DNA of 54,999 nt, taken from IMG/VR virus record IMGVR_UViG_3300042885_000900; one strand, written 5' to 3'. A model generated the notes under the pieces. The model saw only the letters and a program-made list of their open reading frames with translations. It ran no database searches and was not told the DNA's origin. This document shows positions 46,228 to 54,671 of this stretch, one piece after another. Within the stretch, counting starts at the first letter, position 1, and the number at the start of each line of letters is the position of its first letter. The stretch comes from a virus. Taxonomy: Duplodnaviria > Heunggongvirae > Uroviricota > Caudoviricetes. The translations under genes and the position numbers were made by a program.

Positions 46228-46463
46228 CATTCCTTCGTTAATCCCTGAATTTGCGTGTAATTCATACTAAAATAGTTTTCAAAAAACGACCAAATTTCCC
46301 TATAATTGATATAAGCACGCCCATTTTTTTTATTGTAATCAAAGATAAGTTTACCATTTTTTATATAGAAAACATAATTAGGATATTCCGGTGATTCAAA
46401 TATTTCTAAATCACCGTAGTTATCGTTTAACCATTTGACACCTATTTTATTTAACTTGCTCAT
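46068..46463 (-). CDS. Repeat-spacer array protein 2 (frame broken by a 29-bp spacer)
   Basis: N-terminal domain homologous to 43973-44584; VEEHFKLGATTT repeats. Confidence 0.85.
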   Translation of the reverse strand: MSKLNKIGVKWLNDNYGDLEIFESPEYPNYVFYIKNGKLIFDYNKKNGRAYINYREIWSFFENYFSMNYTQIQGLTKEWVEEHFKLGATTTIVCANPRNFSVEEHFKLGATTTPDSLRITKPWWRNITNWG

Positions 46464-46855
46464 AATTTTTTAATCCATTTATTATCCGAGTTCAACAAAA
46501 ATTCTCCAACAAAATCTTTTCCACGATTCCATTCATCTGGGCCGATAAGCGATAATGTTAATTCTTCAGCAAAGATATATAAAAAATATGACTTTCCAAC
46601 TATTGGCTCAAAAGAAATTTTAGATTCCCAAACCATAATAGATGTATTGTACTCATCATACATTTTTTCAATCCTTTCTTTTATCTCTTGATGTTCCCTG
46701 TTGAAGACATCCATCATCTTTTTTGACGCTTCACTTCTAAACAAGGGAACATTGGGTAAATCAAAACTTTGACTACCGTTACTGGTGGGATATGTCCTTA
46801 ACTTTGCATCATACCCATCTTTTTCACTCCAAACAATTAAATCAGGTCTTTTCAA
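46460..46855 (-). CDS. DUF2452-like protein
   Basis: FEPIVGKSYFLY...LSLIGPDEW. Confidence 0.6.
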   Translation of the reverse strand: MKRPDLIVWSEKDGYDAKLRTYPTSNGSQSFDLPNVPLFRSEASKKMMDVFNREHQEIKERIEKMYDEYNTSIMVWESKISFEPIVGKSYFLYIFAEELTLSLIGPDEWNRGKDFVGEFLLNSDNKWIKKL

Positions 46856-47106
46856 TTTAAATAACTTTCTTTGTTTATAACAATTTCACATCCTGTGAAA
46901 TCGCTTAATTTCTGACTCTCCTTTTCAGTATTTTCCCACAATATTTTATTACCTGAAGTGGTTGTAATTATTACAAATAAGGCCGGAGAATCTTTAACCC
47001 ATTCATTATTTTCATTTAATGTGTTCCTATCAAACACCGTATACTCCGAGACAATACAACCAGGGTAAAAACATTCAATTAATTTATCAAATATTTTTCT
47101 TGTCAT
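46852..47106 (-). CDS. Hypothetical protein
   Basis: ORF. Confidence 0.7.
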   Translation of the reverse strand: MTRKIFDKLIECFYPGCIVSEYTVFDRNTLNENNEWVKDSPALFVIITTTSGNKILWENTEKESQKLSDFTGCEIVINKESYLN

Positions 47107-47258
47107 ACAATAATAGAACTAATAATCAAATAAATTATTAACGACACCACTATATTATAGATGTAGTTTATCATTTCCTCTTTTAAGGTTGGTTTAGGTT
47201 TTGAATAGGAGTATACCACTAGTCTAAAAATGGTTACCCAAAATATAATGTTCATCAT
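47103..47258 (-). CDS. Small two-TM protein
   Basis: Hand-translated MMNIIFWV... Confidence 0.55.
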   Translation of the reverse strand: MMNIIFWVTIFRLVVYSYSKPKPTLKEEMINYIYNIVVSLIIYLIISSIIV

Positions 47259-47359
47259 ACCATCAAGTATAATAAAAATATTTTTAATAAAAAGTTGTTG
47301 TGTTAGTTTTTTTTATATATCTTTGTGGTCTAAATAATATTAATCTAAAACACTTTAAA

Positions 47360-47590
47360 ATGGGAAAACCAAGCACAAGAGGTAAATATGTTGTTAAAGC
47401 AGGTCTTTACGACATTTATGTTAAAATAATGTCCAAACCGGACGCAACAAAAAAACACGGATATTCAATGTCCTACGAGTTTTGTATCTACAAATCCGGA
47501 AAACTTATTGAGAAGGGGTTAAAATCAAGAGATGCTGCCGTGGCAAAGGCTCTCACAATTGTCCCATCTAAACCAAAACAAAAAGCATAA
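47360..47590 (+). CDS. Small basic protein
   Basis: Start MGKPSTRG after a TATCTTTG promoter. Confidence 0.75.
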   Translation: MGKPSTRGKYVVKAGLYDIYVKIMSKPDATKKHGYSMSYEFCIYKSGKLIEKGLKSRDAAVAKALTIVPSKPKQKA

Positions 47591-48327
47591 TGAATTACGG
47601 AAAAGATTTTCAAAAGTTCGCAATGAGTGATAGAGGTATCTCAGGTCTTAACTTGGATTACTATCAAAAACATATGGAAAATTCATTAACCCCGTATATT
47701 TTGGAAGAACGAGAGATGAGGGCAACTCAGATGGATATTTTTTCAAGATTAATTCTTGATAGAATTGTTTGGGCATCAGGACCAGTAGATGATAGAATGG
47801 GTGATATTATTCAAGCACAATTAATATTTTTAGACACCACAGATAAAAAAGATATTAATCTTTATCTAAATAGCCCTGGTGGGTCAGTGATGATGGGTCT
47901 TGGTATTAGAGATGTTATGAATTATATTAAAGCCGATGTTTCAACAACTAATCTTGGAATGTGTGCATCTATGGGTTCAATATTATTGTCTTCGGGAGCT
48001 AAAGGTAAAAGAAATTCATTAATTTTTTCTAAAGTTATGACTCACTTTGTAAGTTATGGGACATCGGGAAATATCCAAGATACTCGTATAAGTCATATGG
48101 AAGCCGAAAAATATAACTATATGTTATTCAAAATATTATCTCAAAATTGTGATAAAACTTTTGATGAGATTTATGAAATTTCAAGACGAGATAAATGGTT
48201 TAACTCTGAAGAATCAAAAGAAATTGGGTTAATTGATAACATTATTGGTTTAGAAAATAGTCCCTCAATCAGTCAAATGATGGAAGGTTTTGAAGATTAC
48301 TATTCAAAAGAAATTTACAATAAATAA
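47590..48327 (+). CDS. clpP: ATP-dependent Clp protease proteolytic subunit
   Basis: DIFSRL..DRI, YLNSPGGSV, GMCASMG (catalytic Ser), MTH, RDKW. Confidence 0.95.
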   Translation: MNYGKDFQKFAMSDRGISGLNLDYYQKHMENSLTPYILEEREMRATQMDIFSRLILDRIVWASGPVDDRMGDIIQAQLIFLDTTDKKDINLYLNSPGGSVMMGLGIRDVMNYIKADVSTTNLGMCASMGSILLSSGAKGKRNSLIFSKVMTHFVSYGTSGNIQDTRISHMEAEKYNYMLFKILSQNCDKTFDEIYEISRRDKWFNSEESKEIGLIDNIIGLENSPSISQMMEGFEDYYSKEIYNK

Positions 48328-48354
48328 ATTAAAAGTCCGGTTTTCCGGACTTTT

Positions 48355-49230
48355 TTATTTTAAGAACTCCCACCCATTCCAACCTATATTTTTATATTGG
48401 TTTGATGGGGATGAAGGAAGATGGTATTTATCTCTAATTGTTTTATCTATTTTCTTATACTGATAACCACTTTTAATGTCAAGTTTTTTAAGTGTTTGTG
48501 TAAATTCTTCAAAAGAAATAAATTTTTTATCAATATTAGCCACTTTATCATTACTCAAATAATCCGACCAACTAATCCACCCTCTTTTACCATAATATCT
48601 GAAAGGTTTTAATGGAACATCAAACGGGATTAACCCATTTCTATGATGAGCCCTATAATCTTCAGAACATTTAAATTTAAAATCATTTAATTTTAATTTT
48701 GCCTCATCATATGATATATAAGAGACATCGTTATCGTATTTATTATTTGTCCCCAAAAAATCAATCCAACTAATCCAACCCCTTTTTTCATAAGATTGGT
48801 CAGGATATTTACAAATATATTCTGGTAGTTTAAGAATTTTAATTTGATTATACCAATCCGATTTTGATTTAATCTTTAAATTTTTTTGAACCCAAGATTT
48901 AGTTTCATTATATGTCATTTTATAAATTATTCCACACCCACCTAACCCTCCCGATGATGTGTTTGTTAGATTTGGATATTTTAAGATATATTCTTTTTCT
49001 TTTTCATTCCATATTAAATAATTACATTCTTCAAGAATGATAAAATCAATTTCATAATTATTTTTAATTATCCAATAATCTTTATGAGTTAAATTCTTAC
49101 CTTTATTCACAGAATGTTTTGTCAAATATTTATGTCTTTTTAATCTATCTGATGGATTATCTGATTTTCCAATATATCTAACCTCATTAGGGGATTTTTT
49201 ACTAACTAACCCATAAATAAATGTATTCAT
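48355..49230 (-). CDS. GIY-YIG endonuclease with C-terminal P...Y...GW..W repeats
   Basis: FIYGL...RYIGKS..P..R...H; three GW.SW-type repeats. Confidence 0.82.
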   Translation of the reverse strand: MNTFIYGLVSKKSPNEVRYIGKSDNPSDRLKRHKYLTKHSVNKGKNLTHKDYWIIKNNYEIDFIILEECNYLIWNEKEKEYILKYPNLTNTSSGGLGGCGIIYKMTYNETKSWVQKNLKIKSKSDWYNQIKILKLPEYICKYPDQSYEKRGWISWIDFLGTNNKYDNDVSYISYDEAKLKLNDFKFKCSEDYRAHHRNGLIPFDVPLKPFRYYGKRGWISWSDYLSNDKVANIDKKFISFEEFTQTLKKLDIKSGYQYKKIDKTIRDKYHLPSSPSNQYKNIGWNGWEFLK

Positions 49231-49342
49231 AACTTCTCTTTTATTATAAATATCAACAATTTATAAAAAATCATAGTTTTACTTCAGGTGGTGTTGTTTT
49301 TGTTTATTTTTTTATTTATATTTAAATAAAAACGATAATACA

Positions 49343-49861
49343 ATGGCGAACACGATGACAACTTATGTTAAGATAGGAAACCTTAACGAAGAAACCCACA
49401 AGAAGTTTGTAGAGTTATTTGAAGAAATAGATGACCTATTAAACCACTACAATAAATTATACGGAACAGATTTTAAAAGTTTTGAAGATATTGATAGAGA
49501 ATGGATGTCGGAGAATGTTGGAACGAAATGGTTGGGGGTTGAGTGTGATGATTTAGATTACCACGACAATATGGATTTGGTTATTGAATCCTCTTGGGCA
49601 GTCCCAACCCAGTATCTTCAAAAGATTGTTGAGTTTATTGGTGGTGATGTTGTTGTTTATGGAACTTACGAAGACGATGGTTACGACCCAATCGGAGCAT
49701 TTGTATATGCGGTGGGTTACGATGATATTGAAGATTACGATGAGGTTGAAACCGACAAAATGTTTCAGGACGATGATTATATGGAAGAGATTTACGATGG
49801 TTTATATGAACTCCGTGATTCTTTATATGAAGGTTATCTTGAAGTAAAAAACGAAGAATAA
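49343..49861 (+). CDS. Acidic hypothetical protein
   Basis: ORF. Confidence 0.8.
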   Translation: MANTMTTYVKIGNLNEETHKKFVELFEEIDDLLNHYNKLYGTDFKSFEDIDREWMSENVGTKWLGVECDDLDYHDNMDLVIESSWAVPTQYLQKIVEFIGGDVVVYGTYEDDGYDPIGAFVYAVGYDDIEDYDEVETDKMFQDDDYMEEIYDGLYELRDSLYEGYLEVKNEE

Positions 49862-49864
49862 ATT

Positions 49865-49963
49865 ATGGAACCATTATTTGTGGGAATCGGAATAGGATTT
49901 ATTTTAGGCGCTGCGGTAGTAGGGTTTTTTTGGAGTGAATATAAAAAATCAGAAAATGAGTAA
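49865..49963 (+). CDS. Small membrane peptide (32 aa)
   Basis: Hand-translated MEPLFVGIGIG... Confidence 0.6.
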   Translation: MEPLFVGIGIGFILGAAVVGFFWSEYKKSENE

Positions 49964-50237
49964 ACAAGAAACGCTTGAAGAAGTGAAAGATTTATCATAT
50001 TGGAAAGAAAATGCGGAAGAAGATTACTTACAAGTACCGATTAGTGTGTTGAGATATATCTCTGAACTTGAGCAAAGAAGTTATATCGAGGAGGAAGTTA
50101 GAGAGTTATTAGAAACACAAAGAGGTAATTGTTATGTTGCATTACTATCTCACACAAAGAATGATGACACGTCATCAATAGCTTTACAAGCGCCGGAACC
50201 TGGTGGTAAAAATGGGACCTGGGTTAAATCAATTTAA
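49956..50237 (+). CDS. Hypothetical protein
   Basis: Start MSKQETLEE. Confidence 0.75.
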   Translation: MSKQETLEEVKDLSYWKENAEEDYLQVPISVLRYISELEQRSYIEEEVRELLETQRGNCYVALLSHTKNDDTSSIALQAPEPGGKNGTWVKSI

Positions 50238-50277
50238 CAAAAAATAAAAACCCTCACTTAACGGTGGGGGTTTCTTT

Positions 50278-50589
50278 TTAAAATAAAATGAGGGATGTAA
50301 TTCGTTTATCCGTAATCCTTTCAACAACTTCAGCCATCAAAGATTTTAATCTTTTATAATCAATACCTAATTGATTTGTGATATCACTAATGGTTTTAAT
50401 ACTAAACGCCATATCATCACCTATTTCATCATAAATAATGATAATATCACCATTTCTCGTTGATATCCATTGTTCTTCGTCACCATAAGTATCATTACTT
50501 CTCATTTTGGAAACTACTTTTTTCTCCAATGGACCAATAAATTTGATGATAACATCAATTAATTTATTTTCAGTAATCAATACTTTCAT
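50278..50589 (-). CDS. Hypothetical protein with ITE tag
   Basis: MKVLITENK. Confidence 0.75.
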   Translation of the reverse strand: MKVLITENKLIDVIIKFIGPLEKKVVSKMRSNDTYGDEEQWISTRNGDIIIIYDEIGDDMAFSIKTISDITNQLGIDYKRLKSLMAEVVERITDKRITSLILF

Positions 50590-50685
50590 ACTATTAAATA
50601 CTATTATTTTCCATTATAATGTAATATAATCCAATATTAAGACATTTTTTTCCACTAAAAGTGGTATTTTGGTAAATATTTTCCA

Positions 50686-51078
50686 CTATTCTATTGTTTT
50701 AACAGGAACATTAAAGTTATCCCAAAACCAATCAATAAATGGTTGTTTCCATCTATCACCAAATAAACTATTTAATTGGTCTAATTTATCAGTGTCTTCA
50801 AATTCTAATATCGGAGATTCATCAATCATTTCTTTTAAAAAAACAGGGCTTAAAGTTTCAGTTTCTTCACTACGCCAATAATCCTCACCATACCATCTGA
50901 ATAGAGTGTTATCGCCACCATCTTCATAATCATCTGTATAGAATTCTACGGCGTAATCAACTTCATTACCCCAATCATCTATGCCGGGTGTCCATCCAAT
51001 ATTATCAACATCAAACATACTATTAATATATTTGAGTATTAAATCATACACTTTATCTTCAGTTATTATAATTTTCAT
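50686..51078 (-). CDS. Hypothetical protein with ITE tag
   Basis: MKIIITEDK. Confidence 0.8.
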   Translation of the reverse strand: MKIIITEDKVYDLILKYINSMFDVDNIGWTPGIDDWGNEVDYAVEFYTDDYEDGGDNTLFRWYGEDYWRSEETETLSPVFLKEMIDESPILEFEDTDKLDQLNSLFGDRWKQPFIDWFWDNFNVPVKTIE

Positions 51079-51089
51079 ATTTATAAATA

Positions 51090-51935
51090 TTAAATTAAAT
51101 CGGATAAGGGTAAAATATCAATAGAATTATCACCATAATTGGTAACAATAACATTAGTATCATTTGACGCTATCCCATGAGGAAAACTAAATCCGGGGAT
51201 TGTTTTAATAAAACTTAACTTATCGTCGATTAGTTTAAAATGTAATAATGAATCTTGAGCTTGTAAGGTTATAAAACCATCCTCACCACTCAAACAAACC
51301 GCGTCAGTCTGACCATAAAAAGTTAATTCATCTATTTGTTTTAAACTAGGATATTCAAATAAATATAAAATAGAATCGGTCACAGTAACTTTATTTGTCG
51401 CCGATGGTCGGCTACTTGAAGATGAGATTAATATTCTATCGTTGATGATTAAAATATCTTTAGGGTAATGCTTGAAATTATTAAATTGACGAACATAACC
51501 ACTGTTAATATTCACATAGAAACATCCCCTATATGTATTATTACTTGTATTAGTAACAATCACATTATCATTATCAATGATTCTACACCCGTGTATTTGG
51601 TCTATTTGTTTTTTAACAATATCTTTAACAAAAACAATTTTATTATCAATTAAATTAAAAATAGAAATAACACCATATCCATTACCGGTTGATATTATTA
51701 ACCCATCTTTATAATCAATTAAATCAGGACAATAATTTGTGGTAATTTCATCTATGATGGTAAAATCGCCATTCTCAATGGTAATTAAATATATTTTTTT
51801 ATTTAAAAATGATGCCACCAAAATTAAATTATCAGTCACAAATGAAACCGATGTTGCCGTCGCATGTCTTTTATTTTGTCCAGCAAAAACTGTTGGGTAT
51901 TTTTCTAAATTAAAATCCGGTAATTTAAATTTCAT
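51090..51935 (-). CDS. Putative beta-propeller protein
   Basis: Repeating beta-rich blades (FPHGIA...VTNYGDNSI). Confidence 0.65.
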   Translation of the reverse strand: MKFKLPDFNLEKYPTVFAGQNKRHATATSVSFVTDNLILVASFLNKKIYLITIENGDFTIIDEITTNYCPDLIDYKDGLIISTGNGYGVISIFNLIDNKIVFVKDIVKKQIDQIHGCRIIDNDNVIVTNTSNNTYRGCFYVNINSGYVRQFNNFKHYPKDILIINDRILISSSSSRPSATNKVTVTDSILYLFEYPSLKQIDELTFYGQTDAVCLSGEDGFITLQAQDSLLHFKLIDDKLSFIKTIPGFSFPHGIASNDTNVIVTNYGDNSIDILPLSDLI

Positions 51936-51936
51936 A

Positions 51937-52644
51937 TTAATTAATTTTATAGTATTCTTTTATTTCTTTAATGGGGTTTGTCCATTTCCTTAAATATTTT
52001 TTTTTAGCAAATGCTTTCACATATACCGACCTTAATTTAGATGATAGATTTGTCTCTTTATCCACAGTTAGATTAACAGTGTGGATTCTTCTGTGAAATT
52101 GAGGTTCTTTAATTAACACAGATTTAATTTTATTATGTTTTAATCTATAGGAAAATTCAACATCTGCATGACATATCCAATTTTCAAAACCGATTAAATT
52201 ATTAAATAATGTTTTCTTAATCCCTAAGATTGCAAAAGCGGTTTCCTCACCCTTAATTGTTTTAATATCATCAACTATTTTAAAATTTAAAAATTTAAAA
52301 TTAACAACATCAAATGATTCAATATTCTCATAAAAATTATTTAACATCCCATCAATCATTAAATCATCAGAATCAAAAAATAAAACATACTCAAACATTG
52401 ATTCATTAATTAAATTATTTTTAATAATGTAAGGACCAACACTCTCATTGAAATGGAAAACTTTTATGTCCCGATAAAACTCCTCGTTTTCTTGTATATG
52501 TTTTAATGTTTCTTCACAATTATCTATCCCCACAATTATCTCAACATCAAAATTAACATTTTGAGATTGGATGGATTGAATACATTCTTTTAAATATTCA
52601 GGGACTTTATGTGTTGGTATTATTATTGAAATTCCGTTAGTCAT
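51937..52644 (-). CDS. Glycosyltransferase family 2
   Basis: SIIIPTHK, EIIVGID, FFDSDD, HADVEF. Confidence 0.9.
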   Translation of the reverse strand: MTNGISIIIPTHKVPEYLKECIQSIQSQNVNFDVEIIVGIDNCEETLKHIQENEEFYRDIKVFHFNESVGPYIIKNNLINESMFEYVLFFDSDDLMIDGMLNNFYENIESFDVVNFKFLNFKIVDDIKTIKGEETAFAILGIKKTLFNNLIGFENWICHADVEFSYRLKHNKIKSVLIKEPQFHRRIHTVNLTVDKETNLSSKLRSVYVKAFAKKKYLRKWTNPIKEIKEYYKIN

Positions 52645-52695
52645 ACTATTAAATAATGTTTAAATTAAAAAACCCCTCTAATTGAGGGGATTAAA

Positions 52696-53157
52696 TTATA
52701 TTTCTTCACCAAATAAATCATCTGTCCATCGTTCAGGGACAAGAACCACAATATAACCTTTTGTGACATTAACAGCGGATGTTGGTAATAAGTTATTGAT
52801 TTCTTCTAATAGTTCCTCATTTTCCTTAAAAACGATTCGTAATTTACCATCTTCAGCGGTGTCAACGATTTTATGTCTATTATTTTCCATAATAGACTTA
52901 AAATTTTCTATATCACCAAATTTATCTTCAGTTTCTTCTGGTTCAATATCCAAATCACCAGCTAAAAATCTATCGGGAACATTACTCTCACCACCACTTT
53001 TTAAATATTTGATTTCTTCGTCTGTCATTCCTTCAAGACCAACTTCATTATATAAATCCAAGATACTATCGTAATAATCGGTATCAAATTGTTCCGTCAT
53101 AATTAATTTAATAATATCTTTTAATTCAGATTCTGTTAATTTTATAATCTTTGCCAT
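52696..53157 (-). CDS. Hypothetical protein with LTE tag
   Basis: MAKIIKLTESEL...MTEQ. Confidence 0.8.
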   Translation of the reverse strand: MAKIIKLTESELKDIIKLIMTEQFDTDYYDSILDLYNEVGLEGMTDEEIKYLKSGGESNVPDRFLAGDLDIEPEETEDKFGDIENFKSIMENNRHKIVDTAEDGKLRIVFKENEELLEEINNLLPTSAVNVTKGYIVVLVPERWTDDLFGEEI

Positions 53158-53352
53158 AATTAGTTTTATCTATAAATATCTGATGAAATCATTTATCCAT
53201 TTTACAACACTTTTTTTAATGTGATATAAATTAAATGTAATAAAAAAAGTAAGGATATTAACACCATAAACCCCAATAACACAGCACTTCCGGTTATTAT
53301 AAATTTAAAAAAAGTTTCCATTTTTATTTATTTTTCACAAAGATAGTAATAA

Positions 53353-53559
53353 TTATTTACTTTGAACTAAAAAATAAACCACACCCTCTTTTTTAAAAAA
53401 TACATTTCTCGGATTATCCACACCTGGTGCTGTGCTCCATAATTCCGTTAATCCTTCTTGGTCATCCATTGGTCTCATAATCGCCTTTTTGTCAGTGAAC
53501 TTAATTGTTCTTGTAATTTCTTTTTCCATATATAAAATATAAGAAAATTTAAATAACAA
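53353..53559 (-). CDS. Small hypothetical protein
   Basis: ORF; true start probably MEKEIT. Confidence 0.6.
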   Translation of the reverse strand: MLFKFSYILYMEKEITRTIKFTDKKAIMRPMDDQEGLTELWSTAPGVDNPRNVFFKKEGVVYFLVQSK

Positions 53560-53600
53560 GTAAATTTGATTGGTTGGAAATTAATAACTATATTTGGGTT

Positions 53601-54494
53601 ATGGAAGAAATAATTAACAAACTAATAAAATATCATATAAAGGGTGTGGATACTTACACTCACAATGGCTCCACTTGGTTAATCTTTACGAAGACCAAAC
53701 AATGGGTGATAGAATTAACCGATAGTAAAACTCTATGGTATAATTATACCATAGAATTAACCGAGGGTAAAACTCTATGGTATAACTACAACTTCTTCAA
53801 TAGTGTTTTTTCTTATGCGTCGTTAGATGTCGTTCAGAACCAACACCTCATTACAAAATGGGTGGAAGATAATGTTATAAATGGGGTAAAGGAAACTTCC
53901 CACAACGCAACGATGTTCCAATCAATGAAGGTTGAAGACACCCTTGAAAATGGGGTGAAAGAAACACAATTTAATTGGCACGAAAATAAAAGTTGGGTTG
54001 AAGGCGTTATTAAAGAAGGTGTGAAGGAAACTCTCAACACCGAGTATATGCCACAGATAATGGTTGAAGACACAATTGAAAATGGTGTAAAACAAACCTT
54101 ACCTGGAGGAAAATATATTAACGATGTTGAAGAAGTTATTAAAGATGGTGTGAAAAGTTCTCATCCACTCCAATATAAATCAGAAGAGATAATTGATGAG
54201 GTGGTTAATGATGGTATAAAAGAAACCCACGATGACACATACCACCACAAAGGAAGAATTGATGGCGTTATTAAAAATGGGATAAATCATACTCAACCTC
54301 ATGTTATAAAAAATAAATATATCGTTGAAGAGGTAATTGAAGATGGTGTTAAAAGTTCTCACCCACTCCAATATATCTCAAAAGAGATAATTGGTGGTAT
54401 AATAGAAACCCACGATGACGCATATCACCACAAAGGAAGAATAGATGGCGTAATTAAGAATGGAGTTAAAGAAATAAAAAATCCCACCGGTTAG
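53601..54494 (+). CDS. Repeat-spacer array protein 3
   Basis: N-terminal domain then ten VE..I.NGVKET-type repeats with 9-11-aa spacers. Confidence 0.85.
   Translation: MEEIINKLIKYHIKGVDTYTHNGSTWLIFTKTKQWVIELTDSKTLWYNYTIELTEGKTLWYNYNFFNSVFSYASLDVVQNQHLITKWVEDNVINGVKETSHNATMFQSMKVEDTLENGVKETQFNWHENKSWVEGVIKEGVKETLNTEYMPQIMVEDTIENGVKQTLPGGKYINDVEEVIKDGVKSSHPLQYKSEEIIDEVVNDGIKETHDDTYHHKGRIDGVIKNGINHTQPHVIKNKYIVEEVIEDGVKSSHPLQYISKEIIGGIIETHDDAYHHKGRIDGVIKNGVKEIKNPTG
53861..54475. repeat. CRISPR-geometry array inside an ORF
   Basis: 36-bp repeats at 53861, 53930, 53996, 54062, 54125, 54191, 54257, 54323, 54389 (21 bp), 54440; spacers 33, 30, 30, 27, 30, 30, 30, 30, 30 bp. Confidence 0.85.
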
Positions 54495-54508
54495 GATGGG
54501 GTTATTTT

Positions 54509-54625
54509 TTACATCTCAGATTTTAATCTTCTGATAATTTCGTTGTTTTTATTAATTATTTTTAATTTCTTAACAACATTTACTCTGTTTTTTTTAGGTT
54601 TCCCTGGTTTTCTTGATTTAGACAT
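54509..54625 (-). CDS. Small basic peptide (38 aa)
   Basis: Hand-translated MSKSRKPGKPKKNR... Confidence 0.6.
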   Translation of the reverse strand: MSKSRKPGKPKKNRVNVVKKLKIINKNNEIIRRLKSEM

Positions 54626-54671
54626 AATAATAATTTATTAATAAGTATTACATACTTTAAATTTATTCAGA

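Noticed and set aside
15845-54371. Antisense shadow ORFs (e.g. 16635-16910, 18054-18359, 26748-26975, 44267-44551, 46018-46248, 52763-53074, 53834-54073)
   Set aside because: Fully overlap better-supported genes on the opposite strand; Ser/Phe/Ile-rich mirror composition.
43973-54494. Calling the three arrays bona fide CRISPR loci
   Set aside because: No cas genes or non-coding leader in the window, the repeats are translated and show codon-position bias, and two lack a hairpin. Reported as repeats with CRISPR geometry.
43973-54494. Diversity-generating retroelement explanation
   Set aside because: No reverse transcriptase or template/variable repeat pair differing at adenines; spacers are unrelated rather than A-mutated.
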